The notes beneath the pieces are model-generated. The model had not been told where the DNA came from. It saw only the letters and a list, made by a program, of their open reading frames with translations, and made no database searches. Shown one piece after another: positions 50,877-62,200 of a stretch of DNA of 64,000 bases (its first letter is position 1; the number at the start of each line of letters is the position of its first letter). The stretch comes from Dendrobates tinctorius (taxonomy: Eukaryota), in contig NW_027361700.1 in NCBI RefSeq assembly GCF_039654945.1, positions 17,856,001-17,920,000 on the forward strand. Reading direction: 5' to 3'. Made by a program: the position numbers and the translations under genes.

Positions 50877-53798
50877 CTAAATCATCCCAGTCAGATGTCT
50901 GTCCAGCCTCTGTTTGAAGACTTCCATTGAAGGAGAACTCACCACTTCTCGTGGCAGCCTGTTCCACTCATTGATCACTCTAACTGTCAAAAAGTTTTTT
51001 CTAATATCTAATCTGTGTCTTCTCCCATTCAGTTTCATCCCATTGCTTCTAGTCTTTCCTTGTGCAAATGAGAATAAAGTTGATCCTTCTACAATGTGAC
51101 AGCCCTTTAGATATTTGTAGACAGCTATTAAGTCTCCTCTCAGTCTTCTCTTTTGCAAACTAAACATTCCCAAATCCTGCAACCTTTCCTCATAAGACAG
51201 GGTTTGCAGACCGGTCACCATTCTGGTCGCTCTTTTCTGAACTTGCTCCAGTTTGTTGATGTCTTTTTTAAAATGTGGTGCCCAAAACTGGACACAATAT
51301 TCCAGATGAGGTCTGACCAAAGAGGAGTAGAGGGAAATAATGACTTCACGTGATCTAGACTGTATGCTTCTGTTAATACATCCTAGAATTGCATTTGCCT
51401 TTTTTGCTGCTGCATCACACTGTTGACTCATATTCAGTCTGTGATCTATTAGTATACCCAAGTCTTTTTCACATGTGCTGTCACTTAGCCCTATTCCTCC
51501 CATTCTATATATGCTTTTTTCATTTTTATTGCCCAGATGTAGTACCTTGCATTTCTCCCTGTTAAAAACCATTCTGTTAGTTGCTGCCCACTTCTCCAGT
51601 TTATTTAAATCTTTTTGAATCCTCTCTCTCTCTTCTCTAGTATTAGCTATCCCTCCTAGCTTTGTGTCATCAGCAAATTTAATCAGTTTACCCTCAATTC
51701 CTTCATCTAAATCATTGATAAAGATGTTGAACAATACAGGGCCCAGGACAGAGCCCTGTGGTACCCCACTTGAGACATTCTTCCAACTGGATGTGCAGCC
51801 ATTTACGACCACTCTTTGGGTCCGATCACTAAGCCAGTTATGAATCCACCTAACAGTTGCCTTGTCCATTCCATACTTAGTCATTTTTTCAATAAGGATA
51901 GTATGAGAGACTTTGTCAAATGCTTTGCTGAAGTCAAGATATACTATATCTACAGCATTTACTTGATCCACCCAATCAGTTATACCGTCATAGAAGGAAA
52001 TTAAGTTAGTCTGACATGACTTATTAGTTACAAACCCATGCTGACTCTGTTTGATCACTTCATTCTTATCCAGGTATTGACATACATGTTGTCTAATAAT
52101 TTGTTCAAAGATCTTTCCTGGTATAGAAGTCAGACTCACCGGCCTATAGTTGCCTGGGTCCACCTTCTTCCCCTTTTTGAAGATAGGAACAACATTTGCT
52201 CTTCTCCAGTCTTCTGGCACTTCTCCTTTTCTCCAAGAATTTTCAAAGATTATGGAGAGGGGTTCAAAAATTTCTTCTGCTATCTCCTTCAGTACTCTGG
52301 GGTGTAATTCATCTGGACCTGGAGACTTGAATTCATTTAGGTTAGCTAAGTGTTTCCTCACTATCTTTCTGTTTATAGATATCCTGGATTCTTCTATTCC
52401 CTTAATAGGACAGTGAATAACAGTTGGTGTTACATTTCCTTTCTGAGAGAAAACAGATGCAAAATAGGAATTTAAAAGTTCAGCCTTCTCAACATCCTGT
52501 CTTACCATTTCATCATTTTCATCCTGTAAAAATCCTATAGCATCTTTGACTTTTCTTTTACTTTTGACATATCCCCAAAATCCTTTATTATTGCTTTTGA
52601 CATCTCTTGCAAGCCTCAATTCATTTTCAGCTTTAGATAATCTGATTTGTGCCCTGCAGGTTCTGCAGACAGCATTATATTCTTCTTTAGATATGCCTCC
52701 CTCTTTCCATTTTATAAACATTTTTTTCTTCCTTTTTAGCATGTGCTTAAGTTCTGTGTTCACCCATCCTGGTTTCCTTAAATGCTTCCTATTCTTCCCT
52801 CTTTTCGGAATTGTTAACAACTGTGCTTTGAGAATTTCATTTTTCAAGATTTCCCATCCTTCCTGGACATTTTTGTCTTTAAGGATATCAAGCCATTGGA
52901 TCCCTCCAATTCTCTTTCTGAATCCCTTAAAATCTGCCTTTCTGAAATCTAACCTTGACGTCTGAGTCTTCACAGGTCTTCCACCTCTAGTTATCCAAAA
53001 TTCTAAAATAGCATGGTCGCTACCTCCTAGGGTTCCAGCCACTTTTACCTCCTCAACCATTTCCTCCCTGTTTATAAGGATTAGATCCAAGGTAGCAGTT
53101 CCCCTTGTTTTCTCCCCTACCTTTTGGAAGATAAAGTTGTCAGCAAGAGAGGATAAGAATTTCCTTGACCTGTTAGTTTTGCCTGAGAGAGATTCCCAAC
53201 AAATGTCTGGATAGTTGAAATCTCCCATGACAACTATGTCATATTTTTTGGAGAACTTGGCCATTTGATGCATAAAGAGTTCATCCATATCTTCAGCTTG
53301 CACAGGCGGCCTGTAGTAAATGCCTACAATGGTGTCCTTTCCATTGTTCTGTCCTTGTATTCTTACCCAAACAGTTTCCACAGAACTCCCAGTCTCTGAA
53401 GCTTCAATCTCTGTGCAGATATACGCGTTTCTAACATACAATGCAACACCCCCTCCTCGTTTATCAAGTCTGTTTCTTGCAAATAAGTTGTATCCTTCTA
53501 GTCTTGTATTCCAATCATGTGTATTGTCCCACCAAGTTTCAGTGATTCCAATGACATCATATTTCTTTTCCTGTGTTAGTAGTTCCAATTCTCCTTGTTT
53601 GTTGCCCATGCTTTGTGCATTAGTATAGAAACATTTTAGTTTGTGATTGGTTTCTCTTTCTCCAATATTTTTATTAATTAGATTCTTTCGTCCTTGTTCT
53701 TCCTTTCCACTTCTAATAGCAGAGTTCTCAATAGCATTTGTCAGGTGAATGGCTTTTTCTGGTCTTTTGCTTCCCTTCCCATGTTGTTCTAGTTTAAA
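50877..53798 (-). CDS. CR1 ORF2p (APE endonuclease + reverse transcriptase); start uncertain, first ATG at 53609 lies inside the APE domain
   Basis: LKCFYTNAQS, ITETW, GDFN, SDH, YLDFSKAFD, GVPQGSVLGP, FADD; the frame is open from 53870 to 50877. Confidence 0.92.
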   Translation of the reverse strand, partial: FKLEQHGKGSKRPEKAIHLTNAIENSAIRSGKEEQGRKNLINKNIGERETNHKLKCFYTNAQSMGNKQGELELLTQEKKYDVIGITETWWDNTHDWNTRLEGYNLFARNRLDKRGGGVALYVRNAYICTEIEASETGSSVETVWVRIQGQNNGKDTIVGIYYRPPVQAEDMDELFMHQMAKFSKKYDIVVMGDFNYPDICWESLSGKTNRSRKFLSSLADNFIFQKVGEKTRGTATLDLILINREEMVEEVKVAGTLGGSDHAILEFWITRGGRPVKTQTSRLDFRKADFKGFRKRIGGIQWLDILKDKNVQEGWEILKNEILKAQLLTIPKRGKNRKHLRKPGWVNTELKHMLKRKKKMFIKWKEGGISKEEYNAVCRTCRAQIRLSKAENELRLARDVKSNNKGFWGYVKSKRKVKDAIGFLQDENDEMVRQDVEKAELLNSYFASVFSQKGNVTPTVIHCPIKGIEESRISINRKIVRKHLANLNEFKSPGPDELHPRVLKEIAEEIFEPLSIIFENSWRKGEVPEDWRRANVVPIFKKGKKVDPGNYRPVSLTSIPGKIFEQIIRQHVCQYLDKNEVIKQSQHGFVTNKSCQTNLISFYDGITDWVDQVNAVDIVYLDFSKAFDKVSHTILIEKMTKYGMDKATVRWIHNWLSDRTQRVVVNGCTSSWKNVSSGVPQGSVLGPVLFNIFINDLDEGIEGKLIKFADDTKLGGIANTREERERIQKDLNKLEKWAATNRMVFNREKCKVLHLGNKNEKSIYRMGGIGLSDSTCEKDLGILIDHRLNMSQQCDAAAKKANAILGCINRSIQSRSREVIISLYSSLVRPHLEYCVQFWAPHFKKDINKLEQVQKRATRMVTGLQTLSYEERLQDLGMFSLQKRRLRGDLIAVYKYLKGCHIVEGSTLFSFAQGKTRSNGMKLNGRRHRLDIRKNFLTVRVINEWNRLPREVVSSPSMEVFKQRLDRHLTGMI

Positions 53799-54751
53799 GC
53801 TCTCCTTACAAGTGTAGCAAGGCGACTTCCAAATACATGCTTTCCAGTCTTCGTAAGGTGCACCCCATCTCTAGCAAGTAGTCCATCGTATAAGTAGTTC
53901 ACTCCGTGATCCAGAAATCCAAATCGTTGCTGACGGCACCATCGACGTAGCCAGTTGTTCACCTGCAGAATCTTATTCCACCTCCTTGTTCCATGGCCAT
54001 CCACTGGGAGGATGGAAGAGAAGACCACCTGCGCTCCCAGTTCTTTCACTTTCTTGCCTAAGTCTTCAAAGTCTCTGCAGATGGTTTCCAGGTCGTTTCT
54101 TGCGGTGTCATTTGTCCCCACATGTAGTAGCAGGAATGGGTAGTCATCTGTAGGTCTGAAGAGTCCTGAGATCCTGTCAGACACATCTTTAATTTTTGCA
54201 CCTGGAAGACAGCACATTTCTCTTGAAGTTATATCCGGTCTGCAGATAGCGGCCTCTGTTCCTCTCAACAGGGAATCCCCCATGAACACCACTCTCCGTT
54301 TCTTCTTCACAACATTTCTCTTTCTCCATCCAGGAGGACTCTGAAGGCGTACAAGGTTGCTGTTTGTTGGCAAAGTCTTATCCTGATGTATTTCTTCATC
54401 GTTTTCCTGCGTGAGAGCCTGGTACTGGTTTCTGAGCAGTATGGGTGCTGACTGCCTCCTGATCCTCCTGCTTCTCTGGGTCACATGTCTCCATTCCTCT
54501 GTTTCTTCAGGTGCACTTCGAATTTCTTCTCTTTCTGTAACATGAAGAGATAATTCTGCTCTGTCCAAGAACTCTTCACCTTCCTTAATGATCTTCAACG
54601 TAGCTAACCTCTCTTCGAGATTTTGCAACTTTTCCTCCAACAGGGACACAAGCTTGCATTTGTGGCATGTGAAGTTTGGCTTTTCCACTGGTAAATCTGT
54701 GAACATGTAGCAAGAAATGCAGCTCACCAAATGGCTAATGGCCTCTTCCAT
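53789..54751 (-). CDS. CR1 ORF1p (zinc finger, coiled coil, SGNH esterase domain)
   Basis: CxxC..CxxC, heptad repeat, GDSLLRG, HVGTND, DGVHL; ends RALN*. Confidence 0.93.
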   Translation of the reverse strand: MEEAISHLVSCISCYMFTDLPVEKPNFTCHKCKLVSLLEEKLQNLEERLATLKIIKEGEEFLDRAELSLHVTEREEIRSAPEETEEWRHVTQRSRRIRRQSAPILLRNQYQALTQENDEEIHQDKTLPTNSNLVRLQSPPGWRKRNVVKKKRRVVFMGDSLLRGTEAAICRPDITSREMCCLPGAKIKDVSDRISGLFRPTDDYPFLLLHVGTNDTARNDLETICRDFEDLGKKVKELGAQVVFSSILPVDGHGTRRWNKILQVNNWLRRWCRQQRFGFLDHGVNYLYDGLLARDGVHLTKTGKHVFGSRLATLVRRALN

Positions 54752-54809
54752 CTTGAGATTTCTTAAAAACGATGAAAGATGAGCCAAAATTCGCGCGCCA
54801 ATAGGCGCG

Positions 54810-55197
54810 TGGTTTTTCCGATTTCCTCTTTTCAGCTGCAACGGCCAAAACCCAGTGATCGTTGCGCTCGCGGAGACTCTTCACTTATCCCAGAAGGCAC
54901 TGGGAATATGCAAATGATCTCATCAAGACTCTTCCCCTGGTTTTCCGATTTCCTCTTTTCAGCTGCAGCGACCAAAACCCAGTGATCGTTGAGCTCGCGG
55001 AGACTCTTCACTTATCCCAGAAGGCACTGGGAATATGCAAATGATCTCCTCAAGACTCTTCCCCTGGTTTTCCGATTTCCTCTTTTCAGCTGCAACGGCC
55101 AAAACCCAGTGATCGTTGAGCTCGCGGAGACTCTTCACTTATCCCAGAAGGCACTGGGAATATGCAAATGATCTCCTCAAGACTCTTCCCCTGGTTT
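54810..55197 (-). repeat. Three tandem 127-bp monomers in the CR1 5'UTR
   Basis: Near-identical units with period 127; each contains ATGCAAAT (54908, 55035, 55162). Confidence 0.92.
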
Positions 55198-55914
55198 GAT
55201 CCGTTTTTTTCCCCATTGACTTTCATTATCGGCGGATTTTGACTGAGGATCGTCCGCTGCATCCGTATTTCTGCGGATCCGCCAAAATGTTGGCGTCCGC
55301 TGAGATCACCGAACGGACAATGCAACGTTTTTTTGGTGTCCTGATCCGTATTTTTCTCTTTTGCTACATGTTTAACCCTAAATCCAATCTGGCTGCTGGA
55401 TAAAATCTCTCTCTCTCTCTCCGTTCGTTTACACTGAGTTGCCCGTTCACGCTCCACGATCCCGTGACGTAATCCCGCGAGATGCCCGTTCACGCTCCAT
55501 GATCCCGCGAGATACCCATTCCTGCTCCATGATCCCGCGACATGCCTGTTCACGCTCCACGATCCCGCTCCATGATCCCGAGATATCCCGTTCACGCTCC
55601 ATGATCCCGCGATATGCCCTCTCTTTCGGATACCGCTACATCGCCAGTATTTTTTTTTCGTTTTCGTTTTCAGGCGCGGTTCCTTTAAAATTACCGTATC
55701 GGCGGATCCCAGTGCATCAACGGTCTGGTGGCTCCCGTTGGTGTTTCATGGGCCACGGATCCGTTTTCCGCCATTTTGGTGGATTTCGACTGACCTGAAA
55801 AACTGAAGTGTGAAACAGGCCTAAACAGGAGGCCAAAATCTGATGGGACAAGGAATCAGATCCAGCCCTTATACAAGTCCAATACAATACAACACCAAAA
55901 CAATAACACTATTA

Positions 55915-56290
55915 GGCTATGTGCCCACGTAGCAATTCTCATGCAGAATAAATCTGAGCAGAATCGCACACTCTGCTCCCGGGAAAACGCATGCGTTTTT
56001 TTACACGCTTTTATAAGCGTTTGTCAAGCGTTTTAGCATGCGTTTTCCTAAGCGTTTTTGCCCATATAATTGATGGTATGCGGAATCGCGGGCGATTCCG
56101 CAATATTAATGAACATGCTGCGTTTTTAACCGCTAAGCGTTTCCACAGCGGATAAAAACGCACCATTGGCACAACATGTGTGTTTTCCATTACAAAACCA
56201 TTGGATGCTTTTTTTAAGCATTTCTGCAGCAGAAACGCTTGTCTAAAAGCGCTGCAGAAACGCTTAAAAACGCTACGTGGGCACACAGCC
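55915..56290. mobile_element. Harbinger-like MITE
   Basis: TTA|GGCTATGTGCCCACGTAGC ... GCTACGTGGGCACACAGCC|TTA. Confidence 0.8.
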
Positions 56291-56398
56291 TTAATGCTCT
56301 CATCTCTAATACTTCATACGTCCATATAATATTGGTACCGGGAAAAAAAATGGTACCAGTGTCACCAGTGTGCCATCAATGAGCCATCAGTGTGTCAT

Positions 56399-59286
56399 TG
56401 TCACAAATGTGGTTAGTGGAACCACTGTGCCATGGACCGTGGAAAGCCTGGAGGTGCGTGACTAAGCGATCACCTGACTGTTCACTAGAGCCCCTGATAG
56501 TGAGGTTAAACTTGGCTCCCGATGAACACCAGGTCCCAATCCAGGACATACCAACGGTTGTGCAGCAGCTGGACCCAGAAGGATAGACTGGGTGTAGCAA
56601 CAGGCAGAGCTTGCAACAGAGTGCAGCTGACCAAGTTCGTATCTGAGTGCAGCAGACAGACTTTGTGTCAGAGTGCAGCAAGCGGGAATTGCACTAGAGT
56701 GCAGCAGGCAGGATTTGCACTTAGAGAGCAGCCGTCCGTCACTCCGTTACCCACGACGACGTCAGTACTGCTTGAGCCAACTCCGTCCCGTCCAGCCGCT
56801 TACCGCCTGTCAAGTTCTACACTACCTGTTATCCTTGTTTGTGCACCTGTTCCGCTGGGCCAGCTTCCTCGTGTCCGGGGTATAACTGGAGGTAGCACCT
56901 GTGTCCCTCGGACACTCCATTCTGATCCTGTTTGAGGGGTCTTACTATGGGTGTCTGGGGTTCGCATAGTCACGCCCCCTTCGGAGCCTCCCGGACCGTG
57001 GTCCCGTGGTTCCACAAAATTAGCAATAAACAAATGTGTACTTCAACATCTGTGCCACCGCTTCTATTCGTTACACTAACAGTATCCCCCTTTACGTCCC
57101 CTCCTTTTCAGGCCATCTAGGAAGTTCCGGAGAACAATCGGAGCGTGAATATTCTCCTTAGGCTCCCAAGATCTTTCTTCGGGACCAAAGCCTTTCCAGT
57201 CAACCAGGAAGAAGATCTTGCCTCTCACAATCTTCATGGCCAAGATGTTCTCCACTTCAAAAACATCATCTGAGGCAGTTGGCACGGGTTTGGTACTGGG
57301 ATCCTTGAAGAAGGGGCTCAGGATGACCAGCTTCAGCAGAGATACATGGAAAGCATTCTTCGTAATGAAGAAGGTAACTTTAGTTTATAGGAGTCCTCAT
57401 TGATCAGCTTCAGCACCTCGAAAGGCCCGATAAAACGAGGACCCAACTTGTAAGAGGGAATCTTCAGCCGGACATACCTGGACAAGAGCCACACCTTGTC
57501 ACCAGAGTGTAAGCATGGAGGATCCAGGCGTCTTTTATCTGCATGTCTTTTCATACGGGTGGAGGATGCTTCTCAAGTGGCTTTGGTATCCTTCCACAAC
57601 TTTGCAAAATCCTTGGAAAGGACAACTGCCGCAGGGACATCAGAAGGAACCGTTACCGGGAGGGGAACCTCGGGTTGCCGACCGAACACAATGTAGATTA
57701 GAGACTCTCCCAACATAATTGTTGTACAAGATCTCAGCCCAGGGAAGTAATTTCACCCAGTCATTATGATGGTCATTGACGAAGCGTCGCAGGTAGTTTA
57801 CCCAGGACCTGGTTGACATGCTCCACTTGTCCATTGGACTGAGGGTGATAGGCCGAGGAGAAATCCAAGACTATATCCAGATGTTTACAGAGTACTCACC
57901 AGAATCTTAAAATGAACTGCGAACCTCGATTGGATACGATGTGACGAGGAAATCCGTGCAGGGGGAAAATATGCTTGATGAAGCTGTCAGCTAATTCAGG
58001 AGCGGAAGGAAGAGCAGACAACGGGGTAAAATGCACCATTTTGTAGAAGTGATCCACGACTACTCAGATGACGATGCAACCCTCGGAAACTGGCAAATCT
58101 GTAATGAAGTCCATTGCTTTGTGCTGCCATGGACCAGAAGGTACAGGTAACGGCAGGAAATCGTCTAGGAACTTTATTGTGGGCACAGATCGAACCAGCA
58201 GCCACATAAGCATAGATCTCCCTCCTCATGGATGGCCATCAGTAGCGACGAGAGAGCAATTGTAATGTCTTTCTTTGTCCCGCGTGACCAGCCACTTTAG
58301 ACGAGTGGCCCCAAGAGCAAAAACCTGCTCCTTCTCAGTTTCACCCACAAGGGTCTTTCCTGGGGGAATTTGCGACAGGCTGACTGGGGCAACAGTAACC
58401 ATCTTGGAGGGTTTGATGATAAATTGAGGGTCCTCCTCTTGGTCCTCAGACAGAAATGAGTGAGAGAGGGCATCAGCTCTGACATTCTTGTCACGGATCA
58501 GAAATGTAAAAGGAAGTTAAAGCGGGCAAAAAACCAAAACCATCTAGCTTTCCGAGGATTAAGCCTCTGGGCGGGCTGGAGATACGCCAAGTTCTTATGG
58601 TCTGTGTAAATAACTATTGGACAGACTGCGCCCTCCAGCAGGTATCGCCACTCCTCCAAAGCTATCTTAATGGTGAGCAACTCCCAGTCCCTGATGGAGT
58701 AGTTATGCTCTGGAGCGGAGAACGCCTTGGAGAAGAAACCACAGAACACACGGCAACCCGAGCAGGACTTCTGAGTAAGCACCGCTCCAGTCCCTAACGA
58801 GGATGCATCCACCTCAAGGAAGAATTGTTTGTTCAGATCCGGACGATGCAGAATGGGTACGGTGGAGAAGAACTGTTTAAGAGAGTGGAAGGCCTCTTCA
58901 ACCTCAGAGGACCAGTTCTTTGGATCGGCTCCCTTTCGGGTGATAGCAGAGATGGAAGTAGTCAGAGTGGAGAAGTGATGAATAAATTGCTGATAATAAT
59001 TAGCAAAGCCAAGGAATCTTTGGATTGCTTTGACTCCAACGGGCAGCGGCCACTTAAGGATGGAAGAGACTTTCTCAGAATCCATCCTGAGTCGGGTATC
59101 TGAGTCAATGTAACCCAAGAAGGGAAGAGAGGACTGTTCAAAAACACATTTCTCATACTTAACGTAGAGTCGATTTTCCCTACGACGCTAAAGAACTTGC
59201 CGAACTGCTCGTCCGTGGGAGGCCAGATCCGGGTAAAATATCAGAATATCGTCCAGGTACACCACAACACATGAATAAAGCAGGTC
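56399..59286 (-). mobile_element. Degenerate Ty3/Gypsy chromovirus (3' half: RT end, RNase H, integrase, chromodomain, PPT, LTR remnants)
   Basis: VVYLDDIL, LEVDAS..YTDHKNL, KLGPRFIGPF, chromodomain FEVENIL..FLVDWKGFGPEERSWEP; polypurine tract at ~57085-57105; many stops and frameshifts. Confidence 0.9.
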
Positions 59287-62200
59287 TGTTGTGAGTTCAT
59301 TTTCCCCTTCACTACTGAGGCCCGAGGAACTCCCTCTTCTGGTAAAGAAAGGTAGTGAGCCTGATTACACAGGTCAACGAAAAAAAATTTTTTTTCTGGT
59401 GTCCAAAATATTTTAATGAATTTGGGGTATTTTTGGGGTGCTGATTCTGAATATGTCATCAGTTTTGCCAGATTGGCTCAAGTTTTTGAGATTTTTGGTA
59501 TCTTATTTATAGCACTTGTTGGTAAATGCGACGCATCATCTCATTAATTTCTTTGGATTAGTACTTGAACTGAGCAGTTCTCAATATAGTTTTGTGTTAA
59601 TTAGTGTTCTAAAAGTTTGTTCATAGCTTGATTTTTGCACTAACTTTATGTTGTTGTCTGTTTTCCAGTGAAAAGCATGAACTCATCATGAAGAAGTTGT
59701 CTTAACGATCCAGACTCATTCTGTTACATTTGTGGTGAATATACACTGCCAAAACATAGAAGAAACATAACACACTTCGTAAAAAAAGTGTATTTTGCCT
59801 ATTTTGGGGTTATGCTTGGGGACCAAGACAAGTTTTGGGCACCACACATAGTGTGCAAAGCATGTATCGAATTATTACGAAAATGGAGCAAAGGACAAAG
59901 AAAAAGCTTCAAATTTGGTGTTCCAATGGTGTGGAGAGAGCCAAAAAATCATCATGATGACTGTTATTTCTGTGCAGTGCAAGTGCAAGGATTCAATAAG
60001 CATAAGAAACGAAAATGGGAGTAACATGGAATCTGCAAGAAGGCCTGTCCCTCATTGTGAAGATGTGCCTGTACCTGTGTTTACCATAAATAACAGTCAT
60101 CATGATGATTTTTTGGCTCTCTCCACACCATTGGAACACCAAATTTGAAGCTTTTTCTTTGTCCTTTGCTCCATTTTCGTAATAATTCGATACATGCTTT
60201 GCACACTATGTGTGGTGCCCAAAACTTGTCTTGGTCCCCAAGCATAACCCCAAAATAGGCAAAATACACTTTTTTTACGAAGTGTGTTATGTTTCTTCTA
60301 TGTTTTGGCAGTGTATATTCACCACAAATGTAACAGAATGAGTCTGGATCGTTAAGACAACTTCTTCATGATGAGTTCATGCTTTTCACTGGAAAACAGA
60401 CAACAACATAAAGTTAGTGCAAAAATCAAGCTATGAACAAACTTTTAGAACACTAATTAACACAAAACTATATTGAGAACTGCTCAGTTCAAGTACTAAT
60501 CCAAAGAAATTAATGAGATGATGCGTCGCATTTACCAACAAGTGCTATAAATAAGATACCAAAAATCTCAAAAACTTGAGCCAATCTGGCAAAACTGATG
60601 ACATATTCAGAATCAGCACCCCAAAAATACCCTAAATTCGATGAAATATCTTTGGCACCAAAAATGCTGTTGACCAGTGTTATCAAACACCTGAGGCTGA
60701 TGATGATGACTGGCTGAATGGAGTTACTGACTGGATATAAGGCTGCCGACGCCCTTCTGCCCTGCGGGTGATTTCTCTGTGGGATCCTTGGAGACCAGTC
60801 TGAATTCCTGCTCCTCTAAAGCTAAGTTTGCTGCTCGGCTTTTTGCATTTGTGCTTTGACTTTGTTTTGCTTTGTTTTTCTGGATTTCTGCCATTCCCTT
60901 CTGGGGTGTGCTGAATTCCTTTAGCTCTGTCTTCTGAAAATACCTAAGTGCTGATTTAGTTTTTGAAGCCTACCTGCTTCAGGGTCTTTTTCATATCAGC
61001 TTGTTGGCTTATGTCTTTGATAGGGTTTTGGCAGATTGCAGACAGCAGCCTTCCTGTCCTTTCCTATCTAGGTAGTTTTGGGCCCCGTCTTTGCTCAGTC
61101 TATCTTTCTGTCTGTGTTAGTGTTTTCATCTTGCTTCACCGTCATTATATGTTGGGGGCTGCCTTTTGCTTTGGGGTCTGCTCTGGGGCAGTTTAGATTT
61201 GCCCTTTCTTTCTTTAGGCCTAGTTAATTCTCTGGCTGTGATCGAGGGGTCTAGGGCATCGTAGGAACCCCCCACGGCTACTGCTAGTTGTGTTGATAGG
61301 TTCAGGGGTCTGCAATCTGATAGTTGCCAACTTCTCTGGTTTTCTGGACTTAGCTTGTATTTCTGCTTTTGCCTCCTACGGTGACTCATTCATAACAGAA
61401 TCACCCGCCATACCGCAGATCCTAGGGTACTCAATAGCAGGAAAGAATTGTAAAAAAAAAAAAGTGTGTATATTTTTTCCTCTATATCTCTGAGGCCGTA
61501 AATTATTTTTTGCCTTGAAGCCTAACTCGTCAGGGAGCTCCGCGCAGCAGGTTAAAATTGTCATCTCTTTGCTGCATGGCGATCCCCAGGATTGGGCGTT
61601 TTCTTTGAAACCAGATGATCCTATTCTGACTAATGTGAACGCATTTTTTCAGGCCTTGGGGTTGTTGTATGACGAACCTAATGCCATTGATCAGGCTGAA
61701 AAGACCCTGCTGGCATTGAACCAGGGTCGTGATTCTGCAGAATTGTACTGTCAAAAATTCCGAAAGTGGGCAGTACTTACTACCTGGAATGATTATGCCT
61801 TGGCTGCTCTCTTTCGGAAGGGGTTGTCAGAAGCCGTAAAAGATACTATGGTGGGATTTCCTGTTTCCTCTGGTCTTGACGATTCTATGTCATTAGCCAT
61901 TCAGGTTGATCGGCGTTTGCGCGAACGCAATGCTGCACGAGAGGTGTTGCCACCTGTTGATCAAATGTCTGAACCTATGCAATGTGATAGAGTTTTTTCC
62001 AGAGAGCAGCGTCAGGAGTTCAGAAGGCGTAATAAGTTGTGTTTTTTCTGTGGAGATGCCTCGCATATTATTTCTGTCTGTCCTAAACGAGAGAAACGCT
62101 TTGCACACACGTTTTCTGTTGGGGGTGTTCAACCTAAGTTTCTTCTGGCTATTACTCTGATCTGCTCCCTGTCCACATTTTCTGCCAAGGCTTTTGTGGA

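Larger units (their letters stand above)
50800..55197 (-). mobile_element. Essentially full-length, intact CR1 LINE
   Basis: 5-bp TSD GATCC (50795-50799/55198-55202), 3' (ATTCTRTG/ATTCTACG)n tail, 127-bp 5'UTR monomers, uninterrupted ORF1 and ORF2. Confidence 0.96.
50708..55821. mobile_element. Harbinger-like MITE split by the CR1 insertion; contains a ~33-bp tandem array at ~55440-55620
   Basis: TAA|GGCCTGTTTCACAC ... GTGTGAAACAGGCC|TAA. Confidence 0.82.
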
